This document shows, in pieces, positions 1-9,194 of a stretch of DNA of 64,000 nt. The notes beneath the pieces were generated by a model. That model was not told the DNA's origin, did not search any database, and saw nothing but the letters and a program-made list of their open reading frames with translations. Position numbers and translations under genes: made by a program. The first letter of the stretch is position 1, and each line of letters starts with the position of its first letter. This DNA comes from an uncultured Nitrososphaerota archaeon. Its GTDB lineage: Archaea; Thermoproteota; EX4484-205; JAAOZP01. The stretch is from assembly GCA_964416155.1 (NCBI GenBank), contig CAYQCW010000008.1:7126-71125 (forward strand). The letters are read 5' to 3'.

Positions 1-90
1 CTGATGAAGTAATAAGGGCCTGCAAGAATAGGAATACAAGGGTAAACACTGGTGTCTTCTAAGGGGATGGGGCGCAGGAGCGCGCACAGC

Positions 91-189
91 ATGTTTCTAG
101 ACATGTCTAGAAGACCTGATTCAAAAGAGATGCAGGAAGCTTACGATTATGCTAAAAAGCTTAAAATAGTTTTTGAGCCAGTATCGTAA
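91..189 (+). pseudogene. Possible C-terminal relic of a PflX-like radical SAM protein
   Basis: Reads MFLDMSRRPDSKEMQEAYDYAKKLKIVFEPVS*, recalling the C-terminus of archaeal PflX-like proteins. An in-frame stop upstream (43-45) means it is not an intact gene. Confidence 0.25.
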
Positions 190-193
190 AAAA

Positions 194-1117
194 CTAATGA
201 GCCTTCTTCCAATAAGGTTCTTTCAGCATGATTGCTTCCATAAATCTTTTTTTCAAAGAATCCATGTCGGCACCAGAACGGATTAGTCCAACTATATCCA
301 CAAGATTATCGTTTCGTAACAGACAGGGTTTTAATCTTCCGTCGCAAGTAACTCTGAGCTTAGCGCAGTTGGAACAGAACTTAGGGTCTCCAATAGGAGA
401 AACTATTTCAATAAGCATTTCTCTTCCATTTTTTGAAAGCTTATAGATGGTGCGTTGACCAGTTGAGTTAAGAGTTTTCATAGCTGACTTTGATGCTATA
501 GTTTTTTCGATACCATCTAGACTAATGTGGAACTCTTCGAAAACCGTTTTATCACCCGGGATAGGCTGCAGCTCTATCAGCTGGAGGATGGCGCCTATGG
601 AACTAGTGTAGTCAAGCATCTCACTAACATCCTCCTCATTAACTCCTTTAAGAACAACCATGTTAATCTTGATAGGTTTTAGAACAGACTCTATGGCAGC
701 ATTTATTCCATCAAACACTCTATCTATCTCTTGGAACCCAGTTACTTCCCTATACTTTAACGGGTCTAGGGTCGGAAGATTTATGTTTACTCGAGAAAGC
801 CCAGCTTCCTTAAGCTTTGAAGCATATTTCTCCAATAGTACACCATTTGTAACAAGAGAGACCTCCCTGACCAACGGGGAAACTTCCCTGACTATTTCTA
901 CAATGTCTTTTCTCATAAGCGGTTCTCCACCAGTTATCTTAATTCTTTCAACCCCAAAGCTGCAAGCAACTTCAACGATTCTCTTAATCTCGTTTAATGA
1001 GAGGCATTTGTTAGTTGAAGGATCCCATTCCTTATGACAAAAGAAACACTTCAGGTTGCAACTTTCTGTGACGCATATTCTGAGATTCTTCACATTTATA
1101 CCGGGCTTATTGAGCAT
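194..1117 (-). CDS. moaA: GTP 3',8-cyclase (molybdenum/tungsten cofactor biosynthesis protein A)
   Basis: Radical SAM motif CNLKCFFC, ITGGEPLMR, and C-terminal auxiliary cluster motif FCSNC..LRVTCDGRLKPCL. Confidence 0.93.
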   Translation of the reverse strand: MLNKPGINVKNLRICVTESCNLKCFFCHKEWDPSTNKCLSLNEIKRIVEVACSFGVERIKITGGEPLMRKDIVEIVREVSPLVREVSLVTNGVLLEKYASKLKEAGLSRVNINLPTLDPLKYREVTGFQEIDRVFDGINAAIESVLKPIKINMVVLKGVNEEDVSEMLDYTSSIGAILQLIELQPIPGDKTVFEEFHISLDGIEKTIASKSAMKTLNSTGQRTIYKLSKNGREMLIEIVSPIGDPKFCSNCAKLRVTCDGRLKPCLLRNDNLVDIVGLIRSGADMDSLKKRFMEAIMLKEPYWKKAH

Positions 1118-1130
1118 TCAGCCGATAGGC

Positions 1131-1152
1131 TATAAAAGCCGGTTATAAAAGC
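1131..1152 (-). promoter_or_regulatory. Duplicated TATA-like box upstream of moaA
   Basis: TATAAAAGC occurs twice on + (1131-1139, 1144-1152), reading GCTTTTATA on the minus strand 14-35 nt before the moaA start. Confidence 0.4.
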
Positions 1153-1231
1153 TTTACCAACTTTCAGTAGAAGCTTACTAGAGACCCGCTTTAAAGGGTC
1201 TTCTTCAAAACTTTTCGTGGCCAGCTCACTA

Positions 1232-1740
1232 TTACGCATATGACCCATATTTCCTAATTAGCTTCACATAATCTTGAAAAGCAGCGAGTGAAACATTTGG
1301 CGGGATACTGTGGTCAGAACAAGCCACATGCCCTCCGTTCATCTTTGCTATCGGTAGCTTCCTAGAAATTTCCGCCTCTATTTCTTTCTGGTCAACGATC
1401 TTTCTGGCATCTAAATTACCTATGAACGAAAGGATCTCTCCATATTTCTCTTTAAGCTCAACTACATCCATACCTGCCTTTACCTCTAACGGTTGTATAG
1501 TAGTAAACCCTGCTTCAACCAGTTTAGGAATCAGCAAATTTACATTTCCGTCCATATGGATTATAGTTGGCATTTTCTTTGCTCTATAAGACGAGATCGT
1601 TTGAATATGCACAGGCTTTACAAGCTCCTCGTAAACCTTCGGAGAGAAAACGGACCCTTATAAGCAATGTCATCCCAGACCCATAGACCATCAACTCCTA
1701 ATTCAAGATATGTTTTCACAATCTTAGAGAAATACTTGCC
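1232..1740 (-). pseudogene. URO-D/MtaA-fold protein, C-terminal remnant with frameshift
   Basis: Fragments GVDGLWVWDDIAYKGP (1618-1836 frame) and IIHMDGN..IQPLEVKAGMD..FIGNLD..SDHSIP (1232-1612) lie in different frames. The N-terminal half is missing. Confidence 0.8.
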
Positions 1741-1744
1741 CAGG

Positions 1745-2156
1745 TGTCTGAAAATATACTTTACGAGGCTTGGATACGGGAAGATGGACCCTGGTTTTAA
1801 GGTGGAGAATGCTCTAGTGGCAGAGCACGAAGGCAAGATAGTCGGCCATGTTCAAATAGTTCATCGAAAAGTGAAACTGGGTGATACTCTATACGTGAAT
1901 ATGGGGGCATAGCAAATGTTTCGTCAATACCTGAGGCAAGAAGGAGGGAATAAGTACAACACTCTTGTCAAATGCTATAGATTATTGTGTGAAAGAAGGA
2001 ATACCGTTAAGCGGCCTCTTCACAATGTATGGTAGCACAGCCCACAGGGTGTATAGGCGAGTAGGTTATGAAGATACTGCTCTATGGATACAGATATTTA
2101 TGATTCCTAGTTGTCTCAACAAATACTTACAAATACTTAATTTAGGAAGCCAATAA
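1745..2156 (+). pseudogene. Eis-like GNAT acetyltransferase remnant
   Basis: VAEHEGKIVGHV.., then a frameshift to GIANVSSIPEARRR*, then SGLFT..AHRVYRRVGYE. These are GNAT motifs spread over frames with stops, and both ends are truncated. Confidence 0.75.
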
Positions 2157-2169
2157 GTATCAGACAACC

Positions 2170-4233
2170 GTGAAAGGCTATTTGAAGCTTAACGCTAAAA
2201 TGGGATTTCTAACAGTCGTTATCTCATCAATTATCATCCTGTCAATCTTACAGTTAAATATTACATTATGTAAAGCCGATCTTGAATCTGAAAAAGCGGT
2301 TTTTCTAACGTTAATAAATCAGTATAGGCAGCAAAATGGTCTCCCACCCCTCTCGGTTTCAAGTGCTCTAACCACTGCAGCGCAGTTACATAGCGAAGAC
2401 ATGGCAATAAACAACTATTTTTCCCATACAAGCCTTGATGGTAGAACATTCGTAGATAGAATTAGACAGGCAGGCTATACTTACAACACTTGCCTCGGTG
2501 AGAACATAGCAGCAGGTTTTCCGACAGCCCAATCAGTCTTCAACGCTTGGAAAAACTCTCCAAGCCATAATGCCAATATGCTTAGCTCATGTTTCAAGGT
2601 GATAGGTATAGGTCTTGCGTACCAGACAAGCTCAACCTACGGATATTACTGGACGACGGATTTCGGGGGATATGATGACTCAGGCGGTTCTCCACCAATT
2701 CCTCCTCCAACACCGCCGCCTCCCTCGCCAAGCATTAATAATCCGCCATCTGAGCCAGCGAAACCCTCTGGACCCAGTTTCGGTTATGTTAATGAGAGCT
2801 ATGTTTTTAAAGCCTCATCGGTTGACCCTGATGGAGACTATGTCTCATACATCTTTGATTGGGGTGATGGAGAGTTTTCGACGACAGAGTACATTGCCTC
2901 CGGAACCATTGTAGGCCTGAGTCATTCATGGTCTAAGCCGGGAACCTACAGCGTCAGAGTTTTGGTTAAAGATTCACGCGGAGCCAGTTCTCCATGGTCG
3001 TCTTCAACAACCATACAGATAACCATCCCAATACTAGAGGTGAGGTTCACGTCGAATATACTTGGTATTAGCATTAACGTGGATGGTGTTGACTACCCTG
3101 TTCCTAAATCATTCAACTGGCTTAAGGGGACGCGCCATAATGTAAGCTTGGAGAAATCACGTCAATTTATGGATGGGGGAAGGTATTATTTCAAGGGTTG
3201 GAGTGACGGTTTTAAGAACGAGACACGGATAATAATTGTAAACAACACTATTTCTCTAGAAGCGATATATGAAACGCAATATTTATTCTCTTTCAAAACG
3301 CAACCAGGCAATTTTACTTCAGAATGGTATGCAGCCGGAACCATAGTCAATCTTTCGGCAGAACCCTTCATTGTAGTGAACCCTGGAGAGAGACTAGTTT
3401 TCAAAGGCTGGACTAACAATGCTTCAGACACGACGATAGAGATAACTGTTAATGAACCAGGGTTTATAGAAGCTAAATGGTGTAGACAGTTTCTGCTCAA
3501 GTTGAATTCTCCATATGGAGATTTGAAAGGAGGAGGATGGTATGATGAGGGGTCTAAAGTAAACTTTTCAGTATATCCCCACATTATAGAGCTGGAGAAC
3601 TGTACGAGAAGAGTTTTTGAATCGTGGATTGGAGAAGGTTTCTCTGGAACAGAGTTAAACTCGACAATAGTGATCAGGGGCTTGGTTAACAAGACAGCCG
3701 TGTGGAGAACAGAATACTGTGTAATGATTGAGACAAAATATGGGAATCCTTTTGGAGCAGGTTGGTATAATATTTCCTCAAAGGCAAGAATATTTTTAGA
3801 ACCGCTCTTGTATGAATCTCAAAGAGTACGTCACGTTTTTGAAAGATGGGAAGGCAGTGTTAAAGGTAGCAATAACAATATTACGATTACCGTGGACTCT
3901 CCTGTTATGATTAAGGCGGTGTGGCGAACAGAATTCTATCTTAACGTAAGTTCTGAATACGGGGAAGTATGGGGAGGAGGATGGTATGTAAACGGTTCTT
4001 ATGCTTCATTCGGCGTTAAGCCGCCTTCCCCAAGTTTGATAACATGTGTTTTTGAAGGATGGGAGGGCGAGGCTTATGCTTCAAGTTTGAACTTTACGAC
4101 GATTATGGATAAGCCAAAGAATTTTGTTGCGAAATGGCGTAAGGATTATACCTTGCTAATCATAATCCTCTCAGCGTTCTCAATAATACCTATTATAAAA
4201 ATATTTACTATGAGGAAGAAGGGGCTTCCATAA
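2170..4233 (+). CDS. Membrane-anchored surface protein: CAP/SCP domain, Pro-rich linker, PKD domain and GxGWY repeats
   Basis: N-terminal hydrophobic signal; CAP motifs (INQYR..GL, HSEDMA..YFSH, GENIAAG, WKNSPSHNANML); poly-Pro linker; PKD motif FDWGDG; about 75-aa repeats with GxGWY; C-terminal TM helix with basic tail. Confidence 0.85.
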   Translation: MKGYLKLNAKMGFLTVVISSIIILSILQLNITLCKADLESEKAVFLTLINQYRQQNGLPPLSVSSALTTAAQLHSEDMAINNYFSHTSLDGRTFVDRIRQAGYTYNTCLGENIAAGFPTAQSVFNAWKNSPSHNANMLSSCFKVIGIGLAYQTSSTYGYYWTTDFGGYDDSGGSPPIPPPTPPPPSPSINNPPSEPAKPSGPSFGYVNESYVFKASSVDPDGDYVSYIFDWGDGEFSTTEYIASGTIVGLSHSWSKPGTYSVRVLVKDSRGASSPWSSSTTIQITIPILEVRFTSNILGISINVDGVDYPVPKSFNWLKGTRHNVSLEKSRQFMDGGRYYFKGWSDGFKNETRIIIVNNTISLEAIYETQYLFSFKTQPGNFTSEWYAAGTIVNLSAEPFIVVNPGERLVFKGWTNNASDTTIEITVNEPGFIEAKWCRQFLLKLNSPYGDLKGGGWYDEGSKVNFSVYPHIIELENCTRRVFESWIGEGFSGTELNSTIVIRGLVNKTAVWRTEYCVMIETKYGNPFGAGWYNISSKARIFLEPLLYESQRVRHVFERWEGSVKGSNNNITITVDSPVMIKAVWRTEFYLNVSSEYGEVWGGGWYVNGSYASFGVKPPSPSLITCVFEGWEGEAYASSLNFTTIMDKPKNFVAKWRKDYTLLIIILSAFSIIPIIKIFTMRKKGLP

Positions 4234-4457
4234 ACATACTGCAAATTGTCGAGAACCCAGGCATGAACCATGCTTATAGATATGCGTCGAAATAATTCTT
4301 CTTCGTTAAGATTCTTCAGCATTAGAAATGTTTACGGCTATCTGCTTCAAGCTCGATTTCGAGTCCTTCCGGTATTAAAGTCATATCTTCTTAAGCTTTA
4401 AACAGAATAGTGAAAGCAAGGGTTTAAGTTGGTGGCATTAGAGGAGGAACAAATTAC

Positions 4458-4498
4458 TGAGTAAAAAATTGAGTAAAAAATTACACAAGTCTTATAAA
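4458..4498 (+). promoter_or_regulatory. Tandem 12-bp direct repeat next to a TATA-like box
   Basis: TGAGTAAAAAAT x2 (4458-4481), then CTTATAAA (4491-4498), 24 nt before the 4522 start. Confidence 0.5.
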
Positions 4499-4521
4499 CA
4501 ATACTGATATCTTAATTAACG

Positions 4522-4899
4522 GTGATCGAAATGGAGGAGAGAAAAGAAGGTGAGCAACTTAAAATAGAGAAGAAAAGAGAGATAGAGCATCATACCGAGG
4601 ATGTTGAAGAATTGCGAGAGGTTTTGAAGACTGTTAGGGAAGAAGTACCTGGGCTCTTAAAGGATATTGTCGGTCCTCTTAAGGAGTTGATGGGTACATC
4701 ATTAACTGAGGAGCAGGCAAGGGAAAGAGCTAGGGCGATAGCTACTTTCTATAAAGAATTAGTATCGGCAGGAATGAAGGAGGATGTTGCTATCGAGCTA
4801 GTTAAAAACCAGTTTGTGAGCCCAGCAGAATTAATCAGAAACGTGCTTGGGCAAGCCGGCAAGATAAGAAAAGAAGAAGAAAGGGTTTTAGAGAAGTAA
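4522..4899 (+). CDS. Conserved-looking hypothetical helical protein
   Basis: 125-aa charged ORF, first of three tightly packed genes, containing A.ATFYKELV.AGM.ED.A. Function not recognised. Confidence 0.75.
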   Translation: MIEMEERKEGEQLKIEKKREIEHHTEDVEELREVLKTVREEVPGLLKDIVGPLKELMGTSLTEEQARERARAIATFYKELVSAGMKEDVAIELVKNQFVSPAELIRNVLGQAGKIRKEEERVLEK

Positions 4900-4909
4900 A
4901 AGATTCAAA

Positions 4910-5212
4910 ATGGGGAAGGCGTTGCAAATAGTCCTGATCGTAGTGGAGGCTTTAATAACTCTCATCATAGTAATCCCGGTTTTTTTATGGCTTTTATTGA
5001 ACATTTATTACGTTACTTACAGGATGGGAAGGAATAGGAAGAAGATGGTGAAGATGTTGAGAAGGGAAGGCTTACCAGAGCATTCTTCGATCAAGATAGC
5101 TGAACACATGTTTCCTAAAATGGAGTTTTCCCTCTGGAGGCTTAGATCCCTGATGAGTGGAGGCGAGCTTGGTGATAGAAAAGAGGGGAAAACCGATTGG
5201 AAAGCAGGATAG
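4910..5212 (+). CDS. Hypothetical single-TM membrane protein
   Basis: N-terminal hydrophobic helix followed by a basic domain; lies 10 nt after the previous gene. Confidence 0.7.
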   Translation: MGKALQIVLIVVEALITLIIVIPVFLWLLLNIYYVTYRMGRNRKKMVKMLRREGLPEHSSIKIAEHMFPKMEFSLWRLRSLMSGGELGDRKEGKTDWKAG

Positions 5213-5586
5213 ACGAGCTTGTCAGGAAGATCAATCTTCTTGAAGAGGAGCTTAGGAAAGAAAGGGAGTTGAACAGGGATATATTGCGCGAGTTGGCTGT
5301 TGTCAGAAGCATCCTAACCTTAAGTTCAGACGCCTATAAGACTTCTAAGAAAATAAGCCTCCTCTCAGAAAGTCTAAGAGCAGGACCATTAGCTAGAGAT
5401 ATAACTGAAATATTGGTGGCTGAAGGACCGTTAAACATATCGCAACTTACTAATCTACTGAGGGAAATTAGAGGAAGGGCTTCTAGGAAAACAGTTGCAA
5501 AGAAGCTTAGAGAATTGATGGAGCTTGGGATTGTAGATACGATAGAAGGAAAAAAGAGTGAAAAGCTTTTTAAAATAAGAGGTTGA
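5197..5586 (+). CDS. Coiled-coil plus winged helix-turn-helix transcriptional regulator
   Basis: N-terminal heptads; C-terminal GPLNISQLT..ASRKTVAKKLRELMELGIV wHTH signature. Confidence 0.8.
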   Translation: MESRIDELVRKINLLEEELRKERELNRDILRELAVVRSILTLSSDAYKTSKKISLLSESLRAGPLARDITEILVAEGPLNISQLTNLLREIRGRASRKTVAKKLRELMELGIVDTIEGKKSEKLFKIRG

Positions 5587-5819
5587 GTAGAAAACCGTAA
5601 AAAAGTCCTGAAAAAACAAAATGCCTGCCTGATCGTTAATTTAACTGTCTATGATTATGATGGAAGGAAGAGTGGCTTGATTATAAGTTTTTGATAAGAT
5701 ACTGTTCTCCTTTAGATTTTATTTTGAAACCTGCTCAACTTAGCTTTCCGACCCATAAAACGACAGAATGCTTCTAAAATCGCGCCCTTTTTAACTGATT
5801 ATGAAAGGCAGCGATGCTT

Positions 5820-6653
5820 TTACACATAACACTCCCCGTATTCGCTGAAAAACCTTTTCAAATTCTCTAAGCTTTTAACAGCTATAGTTTCCGAATCCGG
5901 CTTAAAGTCGAAGACTTCAACAGATAAGTATCCGGAATAATTGATCTCAAGCAGGCCTTGAATTATTTCCTTATAGTTGGCGGAGCCCGACCCTGGAATA
6001 TACCCGTTACAGTCGTTTGCATGAAAATGTTTAAGATTGGTTTTTCCCTCCTTGATTATGTCTTTGAAGGACCTTTTTTCGTCGCACATGCTTCTCACAT
6101 CGAGAATAAGCCTGATGTTTTCATGGTCTACTTCCGTTATGAACTTGACTGCCTCGCTAACACTGTTAATGAAATTCGTCTGGTCTTTAGATAATGGTTC
6201 GATGCAGAAGGTTATCGTTTTCTCATTTGCAAAGTCCCCTATCTCTCTGAAAGCCGAGACAGCAGAATCCCAAGCTCGTTGAAAAACCTGCTTGGAAGGG
6301 ATGTTTCTCTGCTTCGGAGAACCGAAAACCACTATTCTTCCACCTATGTCGCATGTAAACTCTATTACCTTAGCCAGGTACTCTACGGCCTCTCTGTTCA
6401 CCTGTCCGGTGTCATTAAAAAAGTTCACGTTCCTGTCACAGACTAAGACCCAATGAGCACCGACGACTTCAATACTGTTTTCAAGCGCTTTCCTCCTTAC
6501 TTCTCTCCTTTTCTCCATGGAAATTTTCTCAATGCTGCTAGCTATGGTAAACGGGGCGATCTCAATGCCATCATACCCTAATCGCTTAACCTGGGGAAGG
6601 ATTTCCGTAACATCCCTACCCGAAAATACTTCGTTGCATATGGAAATCTTCAT
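5820..6653 (-). CDS. Sugar (phosphate) isomerase/epimerase, D-psicose/tagatose 3-epimerase-like TIM barrel
   Basis: GYDGIEIAP, CIEPL, LDVRSM, HFHAND..PGSG, LSVEVF metal-binding pattern. Confidence 0.88.
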   Translation of the reverse strand: MKISICNEVFSGRDVTEILPQVKRLGYDGIEIAPFTIASSIEKISMEKRREVRRKALENSIEVVGAHWVLVCDRNVNFFNDTGQVNREAVEYLAKVIEFTCDIGGRIVVFGSPKQRNIPSKQVFQRAWDSAVSAFREIGDFANEKTITFCIEPLSKDQTNFINSVSEAVKFITEVDHENIRLILDVRSMCDEKRSFKDIIKEGKTNLKHFHANDCNGYIPGSGSANYKEIIQGLLEINYSGYLSVEVFDFKPDSETIAVKSLENLKRFFSEYGECYV

Positions 6654-6819
6654 TGCAAAATCTCGCAGGGCTAAAGTTAATAAGTTTTAGCGTAACCAAG
6701 CGCGCCCTCCTGCAGTCATAATAAGCCTGTAAAGCATTTAAGGCTTTAATACCTATGCTATAAAGGGTTCCAGCATATTTGAAACCATAATAGTTAAAAA
6801 CCCTTATTCTAACTCGCCG

Positions 6820-7953
6820 ATGAAAATGGGAAGAAAGATCGCGAATGTCGAGATAGAGGCTGGTGTTCATGAGAGGGTTGAAACCCCGGTTTGTTTCCCG
6901 TTGCATAAACCGGTTTCATTTCTTGAGAACCGAGAAGACATCTGCTTGAAGATAGGTGATGTAAAAATACCCCTACAATTGTTGGAGCAAGAGGGTTTGC
7001 TTCAAGGTTGCTTCATCCTTCCTTACGCAAAGGCTGGAGAAAATTTAAGGGGAGAAATTGTTCAGGGTGAAGGAGCTGGAGAAACCGGTTTCTCATATGA
7101 ATTAAGGGAGGATACTCTGACTGTTAATTATGGGAAAAGCCTTGTGACATGCTATAATTATGGGAAATCGGTTAGCAAACCGTATCTATACCCGATCTTC
7201 AGCACAAATGGCGTAAGGGTTACTGAAGACGAGCCAGGAGACCATGTGCATCACAGGTCGCTATGGGTTGCTCACGGGGATGTAAACGGTCATGATTTCT
7301 GGGCCGAGTACAAGGATAGTGGAAGGATTGAGGCTAGGGATGTTAAAGTAAATAGTTGTGGGAAACTTTTCTTCGAGCTGAGTAGCAGCAATGTTTGGAT
7401 TGCTAAATCAGGGAGCATCGAGCTCTATGAAGAGAGAACTATGCGTGTCTGGAGGCTTAAAAAGGATGTTCTCATAGACGTTGCGATAATCCTTTTCAAT
7501 CGTGAGAAGAACACTAAATTCGGCGACACAAAGGAGGGCGGAATACTTTCAATAAGGGTTAACGAGAAGATTAAGGTTGATAACGGTGGGAAAATCGAAA
7601 ACTCATTCGGCGGGATCAATGAGGCGGAAACCTGGGGGAAAAGGGCAGCATGGTGCGACTATAGTGGGGTTGTGGACGGGAAGAAGGTAGGGATAACAGC
7701 TTTCGACCATGTGGATAACTTCAGGTATCCAACCTACTGGCATGTAAGGAATTACGGCTTGATGACTGCGAATATGTTCGGCGTCTCGGCCTTCACGAAT
7801 TCTCCGAGAAACAGGGGAGATTACGTTCTGCCAAAGGGAGAAGAGTTAAGGTTCAAGTATAGGGTTCTCGTGCACGAAGGGAGAGATTCCACTTACATTA
7901 GAAGCAAGTACGTCGATTTCCTCTATCCGCCTAACGTGAAAATCTCAACTTAA
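6820..7953 (+). CDS. So-called PmoA-family (DUF6807-like) beta-sandwich protein, probably carbohydrate related
   Basis: KPYLYP, DHVHHRSLWVAHGDVNGHDFW, FGDTKEGG, WCDYSG, WHVRNYGL motifs. Soluble protein. Confidence 0.8.
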   Translation: MKMGRKIANVEIEAGVHERVETPVCFPLHKPVSFLENREDICLKIGDVKIPLQLLEQEGLLQGCFILPYAKAGENLRGEIVQGEGAGETGFSYELREDTLTVNYGKSLVTCYNYGKSVSKPYLYPIFSTNGVRVTEDEPGDHVHHRSLWVAHGDVNGHDFWAEYKDSGRIEARDVKVNSCGKLFFELSSSNVWIAKSGSIELYEERTMRVWRLKKDVLIDVAIILFNREKNTKFGDTKEGGILSIRVNEKIKVDNGGKIENSFGGINEAETWGKRAAWCDYSGVVDGKKVGITAFDHVDNFRYPTYWHVRNYGLMTANMFGVSAFTNSPRNRGDYVLPKGEELRFKYRVLVHEGRDSTYIRSKYVDFLYPPNVKIST

Positions 7954-7959
7954 TCCGCT

Positions 7960-9129
7960 TCATTCCTTGTAAAGCCCGATTCTTTCCACTAGCCGGTAGG
8001 CGAAGTTAAGATGCTCTATGGAAGTGTTTGGAGTCACGTTATTCGCATCCCTAAAGATAAACCTTTTTCCTTTTGTGACGCCGGAGCTCAGTATGTTTCT
8101 AACCTCTTCTTCAATCTTGCTTAAGGGGCCATATTCGAGGGTTGTAACCTTCACGCCACCCTGTATTATCACGTCTTCCCCTAGTATCTCTCTAGCCTTG
8201 CCGAGGTCCAGTGGAAAACCAGTGTCGATTGAGGAAATATTTAGTTCCTCCTTTAGAGTTTTCAAATGTTGTATGACTGCTCCGCATAAGTGTATGCCTG
8301 GTCTACCAGAGCAGAAGGTGTTAACTATCTTTTTGTGTAGGGGGAGGACGAACTCCCTATAGGCTTTAGGAGAGAGAAGCTGAATAGAGTCGTCTGCAAA
8401 CCCGAAACCCTCGTATGGAAAGGAGATGTTAAGCAGTCTATGCCAAGCCTTCATCCTCTCGATTATAGATTCGGTTATAAACCAGAGAAATTCTTCTGCC
8501 AAACCCCTGTTTAGATAGAGCAGTTTAACCACGTAACCGCCTGTTATGTTAGTAGCTATGGTGAAGGGCCCATCTGTCCCGATTGGGGCAGAAATTTTCC
8601 CAATGGGCCTTCCAAAGTAGCTGTAGCCTTCTTCTTTTCTCTTCAAGAAGTACTCGTAGAAGCTTTTTACCCTAGCCATGAAGCCGGAGAAAGGTTCTGG
8701 CTTGCCCTTTTTCATGAACACACTTATATCATCCTCGTTTTTAAGAAAAGGGACTATGTCTGGAACACTGTTAGCGGAGAAGTAGAGGGGCGCTCCGAAC
8801 CATGCGGATTCAGAAACATTTTGAAAATGCACCGAGAGGGGCCAATCTTCAGGCAAACCCATTTCCCAATCGGCGTAAACATTATGTCTCCTCCAGTATT
8901 CAAATTCAAGCTCAACCTGCAGCATGGTTTCCGGGTCGTTAAAAATCTTTTCATAGGTATAGTTCTTCACATTTTGCTCCTTATTCAGAACAATCATTCT
9001 ATTGTTCATCCCCCAGCTGACAGGGATCCTCTTATGCTTGTTGGCTCTGAAATCCTTCCAAAGGCTTAAAACCGTCTTGTTATGCTGCTCGAAACCGTTG
9101 CAGCCATGAAGCATGTTTGCCAGAACCAA
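7960..9129 (-). CDS. URO-D/MtaA-fold (cobalamin methyltransferase-like) protein
   Basis: GPFT.A, ADDS..LLSP..YREFVLP, IHLCG, IQGGV, GKRFIF..ANNV.P.T motifs. Confidence 0.85.
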   Translation of the reverse strand: MVLANMLHGCNGFEQHNKTVLSLWKDFRANKHKRIPVSWGMNNRMIVLNKEQNVKNYTYEKIFNDPETMLQVELEFEYWRRHNVYADWEMGLPEDWPLSVHFQNVSESAWFGAPLYFSANSVPDIVPFLKNEDDISVFMKKGKPEPFSGFMARVKSFYEYFLKRKEEGYSYFGRPIGKISAPIGTDGPFTIATNITGGYVVKLLYLNRGLAEEFLWFITESIIERMKAWHRLLNISFPYEGFGFADDSIQLLSPKAYREFVLPLHKKIVNTFCSGRPGIHLCGAVIQHLKTLKEELNISSIDTGFPLDLGKAREILGEDVIIQGGVKVTTLEYGPLSKIEEEVRNILSSGVTKGKRFIFRDANNVTPNTSIEHLNFAYRLVERIGLYKE

Positions 9130-9194
9130 GCACCATATTTAAGCCTTAATATAAGAACACTAGTTTTTTATAGGCTTGTGGTCAGCCTTACTCG

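Noticed and set aside
2690-2730. CCN-rich low-complexity repeat
   Set aside because: It simply encodes the proline-rich linker of the CAP protein.
6820-7953. Methane monooxygenase, suggested by the PmoA family label
   Set aside because: The protein is soluble with no pmoC/pmoB neighbours. It is not the membrane pMMO subunit, and it sits among sugar genes.
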